This document shows positions 48,204-57,228 of a stretch of 64,000 bases of DNA, piece after piece (within the stretch, counting starts at the first letter, position 1; each line of letters opens with the position of its first letter). The stretch covers positions 96,001 to 160,000 of IMG/VR virus record IMGVR_UViG_3300043449_002450. The stretch is one strand, 5' to 3'. A program made the translations under genes and the position numbers. The notes under the pieces were generated by a model. It made no database searches and was not told the origin of the DNA. It saw only the letters and a list, made by a program, of their open reading frames with translations. The stretch comes from a virus.

Positions 48204-48392
48204 ATGGAAGCACATCTTACAGACAATCAACAACAACAGCTCCGGCAGCGCGGTGTCATCGCACATGATGAGATCGCGATCCGAATGGGCGATCTTGTGA
48301 TCGCAGAGAACGTCGTCACCCGTAACCGGCGCGTGATCGAGGCGGCACAACTTTCTGAGGACATGCGTCCCCGCCGCGTCCTGAGGGATTAA
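48204..48392 (+). CDS. Small hypothetical protein
   Basis: TATGAT 6 nt before the ATG; abuts groEL. Confidence 0.55.
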   Translation: MEAHLTDNQQQQLRQRGVIAHDEIAIRMGDLVIAENVVTRNRRVIEAAQLSEDMRPRRVLRD

Positions 48393-49985
48393 ATGCACGA
48401 AGAGACTGACAAGCTTGTTCTCTTTGATCATGACACACGCGACCGCCTGTTAAAGGGAGTCAACACACTTGCTGACGCGGTCAAGGTGACGATGGGACCC
48501 CGCGGTAGGAATGTGATCATTGAGCGACCTGGGCAGCACCCTATCCTCACAAAGGATGGCGTGACTGTTGCTAGAGCTATCAACCTGCGTGACAAGGTCG
48601 CCAATCTAGGCGCACAGATGGCTAAGGAAGCAGCCTCGCGGACAGCAGACGAGGCAGGTGATGGGACGACCACAGCCACAGTCCTCACACAGGCGATCTA
48701 TGCTGAAGGGCTCAAGATGCTCGCCGCGGGATACTCAGCCTCAGATCTCAAGAAGGGCATCGACATGGCTGTCGATGAGGCGCTGGATGCTATAACAGGC
48801 ATATCGACACCTGTCGCTGGCGAGGAGGATCTACTTAGGGTTGCAACAGTTTCTGCTAATGGCGAGACAGAGCTGGGCGAGCTCATCTCGCGTGCGATCA
48901 AGACAGTCGGTCAGGACGGTGTTGTCACAGTCGAGGAGGCGAAGGGATTCAGCAGCTCGCTTAACGTGGTATCGGGCGCTCGACTCGAGCGAGGCTACCT
49001 GTCTCCTTATTTTGTCACAAACCAGGATAAGATGGTCTGCGAGCTTGATCGGCCTGTTGTCCTAGTTCTTAATACGCGCCTTGACACGCTTCGTGATATC
49101 GCAGGATTTCTTGAGCGAGTTCTAGCTGCCAAGAGGCCCTTACTCTTGATCTGTGAAGACGTCGATGGTGAGGCATTGCAGGGGCTCGTTGTCAATAAGC
49201 TCAAGGGAATTCTGAATGTCTGCGCAATAAGGCTTCCTGGGATTGGCGAGAGCAGATATGACTACGCGCAAGATCTTGCATCTTTGCTAGGCACCACAGT
49301 CTTTCACACATCTGACGTGAGCAGCCTTGCTTCCACTTCGATCGACTCTCTAGGTTCGTGTCTTCGTGCAACAATCAGCAAGTCAGAGTCTATTCTTGTT
49401 GGCGCAAAGGGCACGGCTGAGTCATACGCAGATCGTGTCGAGGAGATCAGAGCACGTGCTGCTGAGACACCTGACGAGGATGAGCGCGAACATTGCAAGC
49501 GTCGTCTAGCCTTGCTTTCCGGAGGTGTTGCCGTGCTCAAGGTGGGCGGCGCTACAGAGGCTGAACTCCGAGAAAGACGAGACCGAGTTGATGATGCTCT
49601 TCATGCAACGCAGGCAGCTCTTCGTGAAGGAATAGTCCCCGGCGGTGGAGTAGCCCTGGCCCGCGCGAGCAAGCAGCTTTCCGAAGTGCAACCTGGGCCA
49701 TACACCGCGGGCAGGCAGGTCGTGAGGCACGCTTGCAGCATGCCACTACGTCAGATTGTTGCAAACAGTGGTGGTGTTCCAGACATTGTCTTAGCACGCG
49801 TGCTTGAAGGTGAGACACGTCAGGGATACAATGCCTACACTGAGACATACGGTGATATGCTTGAAATGGGCATCATTGATCCTGCTAGAGTGGTTCGTTG
49901 CGCTCTGAAGAACGCAGCATCTGCTGCTGGAATGATGCTTACAGCAGGATGCACTCTTGTCGAGGACGAAGGCGGCGCTGCTTGA
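48393..49985 (+). CDS. groEL: Chaperonin GroEL
   Basis: TMGPRGRNV, TKDGVTVA, AGDGTTTATVL, GYLSPYF, GGVAVLKVG, EGIVPGGG, GIIDP. Confidence 0.95.
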   Translation: MHEETDKLVLFDHDTRDRLLKGVNTLADAVKVTMGPRGRNVIIERPGQHPILTKDGVTVARAINLRDKVANLGAQMAKEAASRTADEAGDGTTTATVLTQAIYAEGLKMLAAGYSASDLKKGIDMAVDEALDAITGISTPVAGEEDLLRVATVSANGETELGELISRAIKTVGQDGVVTVEEAKGFSSSLNVVSGARLERGYLSPYFVTNQDKMVCELDRPVVLVLNTRLDTLRDIAGFLERVLAAKRPLLLICEDVDGEALQGLVVNKLKGILNVCAIRLPGIGESRYDYAQDLASLLGTTVFHTSDVSSLASTSIDSLGSCLRATISKSESILVGAKGTAESYADRVEEIRARAAETPDEDEREHCKRRLALLSGGVAVLKVGGATEAELRERRDRVDDALHATQAALREGIVPGGGVALARASKQLSEVQPGPYTAGRQVVRHACSMPLRQIVANSGGVPDIVLARVLEGETRQGYNAYTETYGDMLEMGIIDPARVVRCALKNAASAAGMMLTAGCTLVEDEGGAA

Positions 49986-49997
49986 TAAATAGATTCG

Positions 49998-50339
49998 ATG
50001 CGCTACTTAAACGAAGACAAGACACTCAACAGCAAGCTGCTCAAGATCTCGGTATCGGTGACGATGACCGAGGAATCTCACGTGCCTGACACCATGCTAC
50101 TGATTCGATGCTTACCCGCAGTGGCTGTCGTTGGCCAGTCTGATAGGGTCGAGCGATCGCAGGCGACAGGAACGATTCTTGATCTGTATATCAAGTTCCT
50201 GCCCAATCCCGGATCTCTCTACAAGAATCTCATGGACCTCTGTAGGGCGATCAAGAAGCTAAAGGGCGTCAAGCACATCAAGATCGAGCGTGTAGGTGGA
50301 AGAACTGTAACCTACAAAGGCCAGGCGATCGTCATATGA
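49998..50339 (+). CDS. Hypothetical late protein
   Basis: ATAAATA 6 nt before the ATG; YLNE. Confidence 0.65.
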   Translation: MRYLNEDKTLNSKLLKISVSVTMTEESHVPDTMLLIRCLPAVAVVGQSDRVERSQATGTILDLYIKFLPNPGSLYKNLMDLCRAIKKLKGVKHIKIERVGGRTVTYKGQAIVI

Positions 50340-50545
50340 ATGCGCATCTCATCGCGGGATTTAGATCGGATCTCGAGGTGGGGATGGGCTACCTCAAGAT
50401 CAGCAAGTCTATCAAGGATATTGGCGATGTCAGGCAAGCGAGAGGTGTCTACGTCTGCACTGTCAAGCTCGCCAAGCCTTTTAACGAAGTCGCTGCCGAC
50501 ATATCAGCAAGATTCGGTAGGTTCGTTCAACTTAGAAAAGTTTAG
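50336..50545 (+). CDS. Hypothetical protein
   Basis: ATGA overlap with the previous gene. Confidence 0.55.
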   Translation: MNAHLIAGFRSDLEVGMGYLKISKSIKDIGDVRQARGVYVCTVKLAKPFNEVAADISARFGRFVQLRKV

Positions 50546-50546
50546 T

Positions 50547-50575
50547 TGTAAAGTCGCCCCATCCCATCCTATTAT
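50547..50575 (+). promoter_or_regulatory. Promoter TGTAAA-N17-TATTAT
   Basis: Recurrent motif, intergenic. Confidence 0.6.
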
Positions 50576-50632
50576 TGTTATGTCCAGCAGGACAGCTAAC
50601 TAAAACAAGGTAATGAGCAAGGAGACATAGAG

Positions 50633-50854
50633 TTGAGGGTTGGAACTTTTGATGAGCTAGGTATGCGTGAGCTTCATGAGCTTGAGCAGATGCAGTCATT
50701 CTACAAGGATAGGATCCGGTCATGCAAGCGAAACGGAGAGCCAACGAAGCACTTCGAGGTTGAGCTTACCTACGTGCAGCGCGAGCTTGAGATCCGAGAG
50801 AAGCGCGCACTTTTTGTCGAAAAAATGAATCGTGCCCCTGTTCAAAACGGTTAG
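50633..50854 (+). CDS. Hypothetical protein
   Basis: AAGGAG before TTG. Confidence 0.6.
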   Translation: MRVGTFDELGMRELHELEQMQSFYKDRIRSCKRNGEPTKHFEVELTYVQRELEIREKRALFVEKMNRAPVQNG

Positions 50855-50887
50855 CGTGATTACATTGCGTGTGCACAAGGAGGCAAA

Positions 50888-51265
50888 GTGAGATACGCTT
50901 TTATGAATGATCCGTTCGATTTCATCAGTAACACTCGAAATAGTGTCACGCCACGCATCAACGTGGGTCACAATAAGGAGGGCATCATGCTACAAGTTGC
51001 CCTCCCGGGTTTCTCTCGATCAGATATTGATGTTGAGGTTGCAAATGGCAGGCTCAATGTCCGAGCGAAGAGCAACAATGCTGCATCTAACTATGAGTTC
51101 TCCACACAGGAGTTCAAGATTGGCGATTACACCCAGTCTTGGAGCCTTCCTAAGAATGTGAACTCTGATGCAGTCGAGGCAGAGTATGAGGCAGGAATCC
51201 TCTCGGTGACACTGCCGTATAGCCAGAGCAATCGCGAAAACGTTCGTAAGATTGCACTAGGCTGA
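50888..51265 (+). CDS. Small heat-shock protein (HSP20)
   Basis: ALPGFSRSDIDVEV..G.L.V, SWSLP, AEYEAGILSVTLP. Confidence 0.9.
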   Translation: MRYAFMNDPFDFISNTRNSVTPRINVGHNKEGIMLQVALPGFSRSDIDVEVANGRLNVRAKSNNAASNYEFSTQEFKIGDYTQSWSLPKNVNSDAVEAEYEAGILSVTLPYSQSNRENVRKIALG

Positions 51266-51270
51266 TCAAC

Positions 51271-51310
51271 CACGGGCCCGCAGCGAATACCTGCGGGCCC
51301 GTGCGTGTTT
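51271..51310 (+). terminator. 13-bp GC-rich hairpin, probable terminator
   Basis: CACGGGCCCGCAG-CGAATAC-CTGCGGGCCCGTG. Confidence 0.7.
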
Positions 51311-51348
51311 GGCGCAATATGGTAGAATAGTAACACAAGGAGGCAAAC

Positions 51349-52089
51349 GTGGCAGAAATGGAGACATACTTTAAGCATCTTTCTCGTGGTCGGCTTCTCA
51401 CCCGTGAGGAGGAGGTCGAGCTTTCCCAGCTCATCGAGGCAGGCGATAAGCGCGCACGGGATCGAATGATCGAGTCAAATCTTCGACTCGCAGTTTCGAT
51501 CGCCAAGCGGCACCAGCGTAGCGGCTGTAACCTGGAGGATCTGATTCAGGAGTCGAACGTGGGCCTGATCAAGGCAGTAGATCGGTTCGACTGGCGTCGA
51601 GGCTTCAAGTTCTCCACCTACGCGTCCTGGTGGATCAAGCAGGCGGTCCGACGACACGTCACTGACACGTCGTCCGACATTCGCGTTCCGGCACACACGA
51701 CCGCTCTCGCGTATCGGATCTCGGTCTTTGTCGATGAATATGAGAATGAGTTCAACACTCGACCCACCGTCGAGGAGATCGCCGAGATGATGTGCGTCCC
51801 GGTGTCTACTGTTCAGGAGCTCATGAACAGCAGCGGTGTTCGATCGATGGTCTCTCTGGACGCGATGATCGGAGATGAGGACGGCAAGAAGATCCTCGAG
51901 ACGATTCCGGACGACAACGCAGTCTCGCCCGATGAGGCTATTGATCGCGAGAAGATCCTCAGCGCGATCAGCCGCTGCCTTGACAAGCTCACTCCCCGAG
52001 AGGAGCAGGTCCTTCGTCTTCGGTTTGGCGTGTCTGATGTGCAGGATACTAGCAACTTTCCCGAACAGCTCTTTACTGGAGGCATCTAA
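51349..52089 (+). CDS. Sigma70-family factor lacking the region 4.2 HTH
   Basis: LLTREEEVEL, SNLRLAVSIAK, DLIQE.NVGL.KAVDRFD..RGFKFSTYASWWIKQ, SLD, LTPREEQVLRLRFG then stops. Confidence 0.9.
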   Translation: MAEMETYFKHLSRGRLLTREEEVELSQLIEAGDKRARDRMIESNLRLAVSIAKRHQRSGCNLEDLIQESNVGLIKAVDRFDWRRGFKFSTYASWWIKQAVRRHVTDTSSDIRVPAHTTALAYRISVFVDEYENEFNTRPTVEEIAEMMCVPVSTVQELMNSSGVRSMVSLDAMIGDEDGKKILETIPDDNAVSPDEAIDREKILSAISRCLDKLTPREEQVLRLRFGVSDVQDTSNFPEQLFTGGI

Positions 52090-52091
52090 TC

Positions 52092-52379
52092 ATGGCTAAG
52101 CCCAAGGGACACAAGTCCCAGCACGGCTACTCTGTCTTTTCTGAGTTCAACGGTGGCCTTGGCTACAAGGACATCGCAGAGAAGATGACTGAGACGGGTC
52201 ACAAGATGAACCTGTCGACTGCACGAAACGTCCTCGTCTCAGCCTTGGACAAGGTGGCGCGGGAGGTTTGCAGTGCCTACGGCGTCGAGGCAACAGACGA
52301 GGATCTCAAGCGGATCGCATCTGACCCGCGCTTCCAGTCTGGCATCTATGACATGCTAAACGAGCGCAGCAAGCGTTGA
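52092..52379 (+). CDS. Sigma region-4.2-like HTH protein
   Basis: GLGYKDIAEKM....MNLSTARNVLVSALDKV; own GGAGG RBS. Confidence 0.6.
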   Translation: MAKPKGHKSQHGYSVFSEFNGGLGYKDIAEKMTETGHKMNLSTARNVLVSALDKVAREVCSAYGVEATDEDLKRIASDPRFQSGIYDMLNERSKR

Positions 52380-52419
52380 TATTTAACACGAGGCACAACA
52401 GCCTCGACGGGAGGCTAAA

Positions 52420-52647
52420 ATGGACGGGTGCTTCTACGATCAAGAGACAAAGACAGTAATCCTCAAGTTCGACCGGACGATGATCAATATCGACCTCGAG
52501 GATTTCATGGACATGCTTTACAGCCTTCACGAGGCGAAGATAGCCATCCAGGAGGATCCTGAGGTTGAGCTAGGCACGTTCACAGATGAGGATGGTAAGA
52601 CCTGGGAGCAGTTTGTTGTAAAGGGCGAAGACGAAGAGTATAGTTGA
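52420..52647 (+). CDS. Acidic hypothetical protein
   Basis: GGAGG RBS. Confidence 0.6.
   Translation: MDGCFYDQETKTVILKFDRTMINIDLEDFMDMLYSLHEAKIAIQEDPEVELGTFTDEDGKTWEQFVVKGEDEEYS
52617..52644 (+). promoter_or_regulatory. Promoter TGTAAA-N16-TATAGT
   Basis: Recurrent motif at the end of the upstream gene. Confidence 0.5.
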
Positions 52648-52673
52648 GTCACTAAACAAGGAGTTTATAGAAT

Positions 52674-52895
52674 ATGTCCACGACAGATAAGGTAGCAATT
52701 GCAGAGCTAGTTGAGCGCATCAAGCAGATCGATAATGAGATCAAGCTTCTCCAGGAGGATCGAAAGACTGTCCTCGATGACTACAAGGACAAGCTTGACA
52801 TTAAGGCATTCAAGGCTGCCCTTCGCATTGTCAAGCTCCGAAAGGATGTCGACGAGACAGAGCTTGACAGTATTATTGACGTCCTGGAGGCCTAA
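52674..52895 (+). CDS. GapR/DUF2312 (T4 DsbA-like) DNA-binding protein
   Basis: VERIKQIDNEIKLLQEDRK.V....K...DIKAFK....I.K. Confidence 0.65.
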   Translation: MSTTDKVAIAELVERIKQIDNEIKLLQEDRKTVLDDYKDKLDIKAFKAALRIVKLRKDVDETELDSIIDVLEA

Positions 52896-53368
52896 TGGGC
52901 AACTTCATCACCCGGCGCGGTCTCAACAAGCTTGAAGCAGTGCTACTCAAGCTGAAGACGACCGACCTTCGAGCAGCGCAGGAGCAGGTCAACGATGCGC
53001 GGGAGGAGGGGCGTCTGGAGGAAAACGAGGGTTACCTCCACGCTCAGGAGCAGTGCAGGATGATTGAGGGTCGGATCGCTGAGCTCGAAGATTCGCTGTC
53101 CACACTCGAGGTCTTTGAGGGTCCCGTCTCGACAGACGTCGTTGGCTTCTGTAGCTACGTCACCATCGAGGATGTTGATACAGGCAAGACACGTGTTGTG
53201 CAGATTGTCAATGAGTTCGAGGCAAACATCAGCGTCGGAATGCTCAGCATCAACTCTCCCCTCGGTAGCATCTTGCTTGGCAGCGCCGTTGATGATGAGG
53301 TCGAGCTCATAACGCCTCGTGGCACAACCAACTATCGAATCTTGAAGATCGAGTCGAGTAGTTTCTAA
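52895..53368 (+). CDS. greA: Transcription elongation factor GreA
   Basis: ITRRGL.KL, AREEG.LEENEGY, RIAELE, SINSPLG..LLG..V.D.V...PRG. Confidence 0.88.
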   Translation: MGNFITRRGLNKLEAVLLKLKTTDLRAAQEQVNDAREEGRLEENEGYLHAQEQCRMIEGRIAELEDSLSTLEVFEGPVSTDVVGFCSYVTIEDVDTGKTRVVQIVNEFEANISVGMLSINSPLGSILLGSAVDDEVELITPRGTTNYRILKIESSSF

Positions 53369-53379
53369 CACGTGCGTGC

Positions 53380-53413
53380 GTGGGTCCTGGGTGCTATAAT
53401 GCCTAGGACCCAC
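53380..53413 (+). promoter_or_regulatory. Hairpin with TATAAT in the loop
   Basis: GTGGGTCCTGGGT-GCTATAAT-GCCTAGGACCCAC. Confidence 0.55.
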
Positions 53414-53424
53414 TTGGAGTATTC

Positions 53425-54006
53425 GTGAACATCTTCGTCCTAGATAATGATCCCGTTCGTGCAGCGCAATATCACTGCGATAAGCACATCTGCAAGATGA
53501 TTCTTGAGAGCGCACAGATGCTATGCGCTGCGCACTGGATCGGCTGGCAGCGGATGCTCAATCCGCCTACCAAGCTTAAGCAGCGTGAGATGCAGGCCTG
53601 GCTACGTGAGAATGTGCACACCAGCCTACAGCCACCCTGGAAGATGACGCACGTCGGGCACCCATGCACTCAGTGGACACAGCGTGTGTGGGGAAATTAC
53701 ATGTGGCACAGCCGGCTTGGCCTAGCACTTTGTGAGGAATACACGCGCCGTTACGGCCGAGAGCATAAGTCTCTTGCCGTTCACCGCTGGCTAAATCGTC
53801 ACATCCCACCCACCTTCGAGAGCACAGTTCCCGATCCCGTTGGAATGACACCTTTCGCAGTCTGCATGCCAGATGAATGTAAAGTGCCCGATGACCCTGT
53901 AGCATCTTACAGGATCTACTACAACCAGAAGAAGGTCAGGTTTGCCCGATGGGCACACTCAGAAAGGCCCACCTGGTTCATCCAGGATCAGCAGGAGACA
54001 AAGTGA
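53425..54006 (+). CDS. Pyrimidine-dimer DNA glycosylase (DenV)-related protein
   Basis: MNIFVLD...AA..HCDKH..KMILESAQML, HPC..W, EYTRRYG..H, SYR.YY. Confidence 0.75.
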   Translation: MNIFVLDNDPVRAAQYHCDKHICKMILESAQMLCAAHWIGWQRMLNPPTKLKQREMQAWLRENVHTSLQPPWKMTHVGHPCTQWTQRVWGNYMWHSRLGLALCEEYTRRYGREHKSLAVHRWLNRHIPPTFESTVPDPVGMTPFAVCMPDECKVPDDPVASYRIYYNQKKVRFARWAHSERPTWFIQDQQETK

Positions 54007-55670
54007 GCGGTATCACCAAGGAGAAATGGGTCGGGTTCTTTCCTTTCAAGGAGCCACGTCCGGAGCAGGAGGAGGCGATCAACTTCATCCTCCGGTCATT
54101 TCTAGAGGACGGCAAGCGTTTTGTGATCGCTGACCTTGGGACAGGCATCGGCAAGTCCGCGATCGGTGTGACTGTCGCACGCTATCTAAACGCGAACTCA
54201 CCGCCCGTCGTCCTCCAGCAACCTCCCGGCGAGGAGCCTGTTCTCGATTGCAAGCCGGGTGCATGGTTCCTGACGACGCAAAAGATCCTCCAGGAGCAGT
54301 ATCTAGACGACTTCGGCGGTGGCAAGGGCTGCATGCGCGACATCAAGTCAGCCTCCAACTACAAGTGCAGCTACTACAAGAAGCTCACATGCAGCGAGGG
54401 ACAGGGGATGCTCCGGACTGCGGACAAGGCATCCAAGTTCTGGAAGTCTTGCATGTTCAACTGCAATTACAAGCTGCAGCGCAAGTCCTTCCTCGAGGCA
54501 TCAGAATCTGTCACCAACTTTTCCTACGCGCTGACCGAGGCAAACTACAGCGGCAAGATCACGAAGCGGAATCTCATGGTTGTTGACGAGTGTCACAACG
54601 CCGAGAATGAGCTCTGCCGCTTCATCGAGGCATCGGTGTCCGACCGCTCTGCTGCAGCTTTGGGCCTCGAGTGGCCACAGATCAACACATACGCTCAGGC
54701 GTTGAAATGGGTGAAGGAGACTTACCTGCCCGCAGCAAAGGTGGCAGCAGCTGACATGGAGCGGGATGCTGAGGACTTCAAGCAGTTGGAAGGCCATGAG
54801 AAGGAGTATGGTGACCTCGTCAAGCGGCTCGAGACCCTAAAGGGTCACGTTGTCAAGATCGACAGCTTCATCCAGTGCTCCGATCCTGAGAACTGGATCG
54901 TTGATATTCTCCCGCCTGTGGGCAAGGTGTCAGGTAAGATCACCTTCAAGCCCATCGACGTGAGCCCATACACAGAGCAGAACCTGTTCCGGCTTGGCAA
55001 GCGAGTCCTCCTCATGTCGGCAACCGTGATCAACACTGAGGCATTCGCCGAGGCGCTGGGCATTCCAGAGGCAGATTATGCTGCGATCACGATGCCTACA
55101 CCGTTCCCTGTCGCTAACCGCCCGATCTACTTCCACCCGATCGGGCGGATGACCGCAGACAACATCGATGACTCGCTACCCAAGGTAGCAGCAGCGCTGC
55201 GCGAGATCTTGAAGGAGCATAAGGCAGACAAGGGCATCATCCACTGCCACTCCTACAAGATCGTCTCCTACCTGCGGAAGCACCTAAAGTCTGATCGGCT
55301 CATCTTCCATGACGCGCATGACCGTGATGAGGCGCTGGCGAAGCACATCGCCGACCCGAAGCCCACGGTGCTTGTGTCACCTAGCATGTCGGAGGGAGTC
55401 GACCTTCGTGACAACCTGGCGCGGTTCCAGATCCTTCTGAAGGTGCCCTATCCCTCTCTTGGTGACAAGATCGTGAAGAAGCGGATGCACCGCTGGAAGT
55501 GGTGGTATCCTCTCCAGACAGTGAAGACGATCGTCCAGTCTGTGGGCCGCGGAGTGCGATCTGAGACAGATCATGCTGTCACATACATCCTCGATGCCGA
55601 TTGGCAGCGGTTCTACGGCCAGAACCGCGACATGTTCCCAAAGGCCTTCCGTGACGCGGTGCAGAAGTGA
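54003..55670 (+). CDS. DinG/XPD-family helicase
   Basis: PR.EQ, GTGIGKS, Cys cluster, DECHN, MSAT, EGVD, KVPYP, QSVGRGVRS.TD; AGGAG before GTG 54003. Confidence 0.9.
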   Translation: MSGITKEKWVGFFPFKEPRPEQEEAINFILRSFLEDGKRFVIADLGTGIGKSAIGVTVARYLNANSPPVVLQQPPGEEPVLDCKPGAWFLTTQKILQEQYLDDFGGGKGCMRDIKSASNYKCSYYKKLTCSEGQGMLRTADKASKFWKSCMFNCNYKLQRKSFLEASESVTNFSYALTEANYSGKITKRNLMVVDECHNAENELCRFIEASVSDRSAAALGLEWPQINTYAQALKWVKETYLPAAKVAAADMERDAEDFKQLEGHEKEYGDLVKRLETLKGHVVKIDSFIQCSDPENWIVDILPPVGKVSGKITFKPIDVSPYTEQNLFRLGKRVLLMSATVINTEAFAEALGIPEADYAAITMPTPFPVANRPIYFHPIGRMTADNIDDSLPKVAAALREILKEHKADKGIIHCHSYKIVSYLRKHLKSDRLIFHDAHDRDEALAKHIADPKPTVLVSPSMSEGVDLRDNLARFQILLKVPYPSLGDKIVKKRMHRWKWWYPLQTVKTIVQSVGRGVRSETDHAVTYILDADWQRFYGQNRDMFPKAFRDAVQK

Positions 55671-55813
55671 TGATTAGGTGGGCATTCATCCTCATGAATG
55701 GGGTCATGGCAGGAATAAACATTCACCAGGCCAATTATATTTGGGTTGGGATCAATGTTGCCTGCGCGTCACTACTCATCATCGGCGCCGGCGGATCTGA
55801 CAAGAAGGAGTGA
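55670..55813 (+). CDS. 47-aa membrane peptide (missing from the ORF track)
   Basis: MIRWAFILMNGVMAGINIHQANYIWVGINVACASLLIIGAGGSDKKE; TGATG coupling; fills the gap exactly. Confidence 0.5.
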   Translation: MIRWAFILMNGVMAGINIHQANYIWVGINVACASLLIIGAGGSDKKE

Positions 55814-55815
55814 TC

Positions 55816-56283
55816 ATGGCATGGATGACAGGAGCAGACACACCGACCGATTGGGATGCAGTCATTGAGGATGCTCGAGGCCACGCGGTCCGCGGCGGAG
55901 GAATATACGTTGGCTGTGACAGCCATTATGCATCTGGAACTTGCACCTATGTCGTCGCCGTCTGCCTCCACGGCGCTGCGGACCAACAAGGTGGTAGATA
56001 CTACTTCCTTCGTGACAAGGTCCCGATGCCTGGCGGAAAGGCGATGATGTGGCTCAGGATCACTGAAGAGGCCAATCGTGCGGTTTCTGTCGCGATGACA
56101 TTGATGGGCTCTGTCCCTGATGCGAGGATCGAGGTCCACCTTGACGTCTCATCTGACAGGAAGCACGCATCAGGCGCGTTATCTGAGTCACTATCGGGAT
56201 ATGCAAGAGCAGCTGGGTTCGTGTGCAGGGTTAAGCCCGCGGGATGGGCTGCAACGTCTATCGCAGATGGGCACACTCGCTAG
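55816..56283 (+). CDS. RNase H-like (YkuK family) protein
   Basis: YVGCDS, RI..E...AV..A, EVHLDV, VKP..WAA..IAD. Confidence 0.8.
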   Translation: MAWMTGADTPTDWDAVIEDARGHAVRGGGIYVGCDSHYASGTCTYVVAVCLHGAADQQGGRYYFLRDKVPMPGGKAMMWLRITEEANRAVSVAMTLMGSVPDARIEVHLDVSSDRKHASGALSESLSGYARAAGFVCRVKPAGWAATSIADGHTR

Positions 56284-57170
56284 ACTGCTGTAGGACGACC
56301 TGATGTGTCCGGTCTACGCTTGAGCTTTCCTTCTGTCTCAAAGCGCTCTGCTAGGACTTGTCTCGCACAATCGATCATCGGCGTTTGTATTGTCCCAATT
56401 TTAATAGGACCAACCATCATGTCTTTAACATCATACTCAGGAACTTTAATTGATTCGAACGATTTGCGAATTTTCTCAATCTGCGCAGAAGATGCCTTAT
56501 CTGCTTGCTCAATTGCCTCCATGGCTTCGATAGCACGCAACATTTTCCTACCGGACTCAGCTTCAGCCGCATATTCTCCGATAAGCGTCTGGTTCCTAAA
56601 TAGTAAATCTATTGACAATATACTCAAAGATTCTTTTACAATCCACCCGAGAATCGTTGGTGCTTGATCTAAGCAGGCCTTGATTGAAATCCATATCTTT
56701 TCGAGTGTTGTCATAGATGACGCCAGACCAAGCTCGACGTTAAGTGGGTTTGTCATCCACATGGTGAGACGATATATGATTAGATCAACTAAGATCTCAC
56801 AAAGAAGTGCTGTTGTCTTTTGATGCTTCTCTTTGTCTGATGCGACAGGCGACATGTTGACAACTATGATCTTGTAAGATTTTGATAAGATTTGAACAGC
56901 CGTTGTTCCTTGCGCAATTGTGCGCAAGACGCCAGAGAGCCGTGATAAAGCGGGCCAAGACAGCGACGCTGCTCCAGCTGCCTCGAGAGCAATTACGCCA
57001 CCCACCCACATCGCTATAAGCGTGTCAGTGTCATATGTAATGATGTCATCACACGGTCCTGGCGCATTAGCTGTTGGAATGAAGATCAACGGAAGCATTG
57101 AAAATTCATTTATAGCGCCGCTAGATTGCACGGTCTCGCGTATAAAGTGTCTAAGCGTTCTTAGCTGCAT
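56280..57170 (-). CDS. Hydrophobic hypothetical late protein (the only convincing minus-strand gene)
   Basis: LRHFIRE leader, several hydrophobic helices; occupies a region with no long + ORF. Confidence 0.65.
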   Translation of the reverse strand: MQLRTLRHFIRETVQSSGAINEFSMLPLIFIPTANAPGPCDDIITYDTDTLIAMWVGGVIALEAAGAASLSWPALSRLSGVLRTIAQGTTAVQILSKSYKIIVVNMSPVASDKEKHQKTTALLCEILVDLIIYRLTMWMTNPLNVELGLASSMTTLEKIWISIKACLDQAPTILGWIVKESLSILSIDLLFRNQTLIGEYAAEAESGRKMLRAIEAMEAIEQADKASSAQIEKIRKSFESIKVPEYDVKDMMVGPIKIGTIQTPMIDCARQVLAERFETEGKLKRRPDTSGRPTAV

Positions 57171-57200
57171 ATAATCTTCATCCTTGATGCGTAAGATCGA

Positions 57201-57212
57201 TAATACATATTA
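57201..57212. promoter_or_regulatory. Near-palindromic bidirectional late promoter
   Basis: TAATACATATTA reads ATACATA on + and ATATGTA on -, between divergent genes. Confidence 0.5.
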
Positions 57213-57228
57213 GCTGGAAGGCAAAGAT

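Noticed and set aside
48204-48392. Small ORF before groEL as GroES
   Set aside because: 62 aa, lacking the PLxDRV and mobile-loop motifs.
50874-51348. Repeated CACAAGGAGGCAAA before hsp20 and the sigma gene
   Set aside because: Largely explained by a strong SD; two copies are too few to call an operator.
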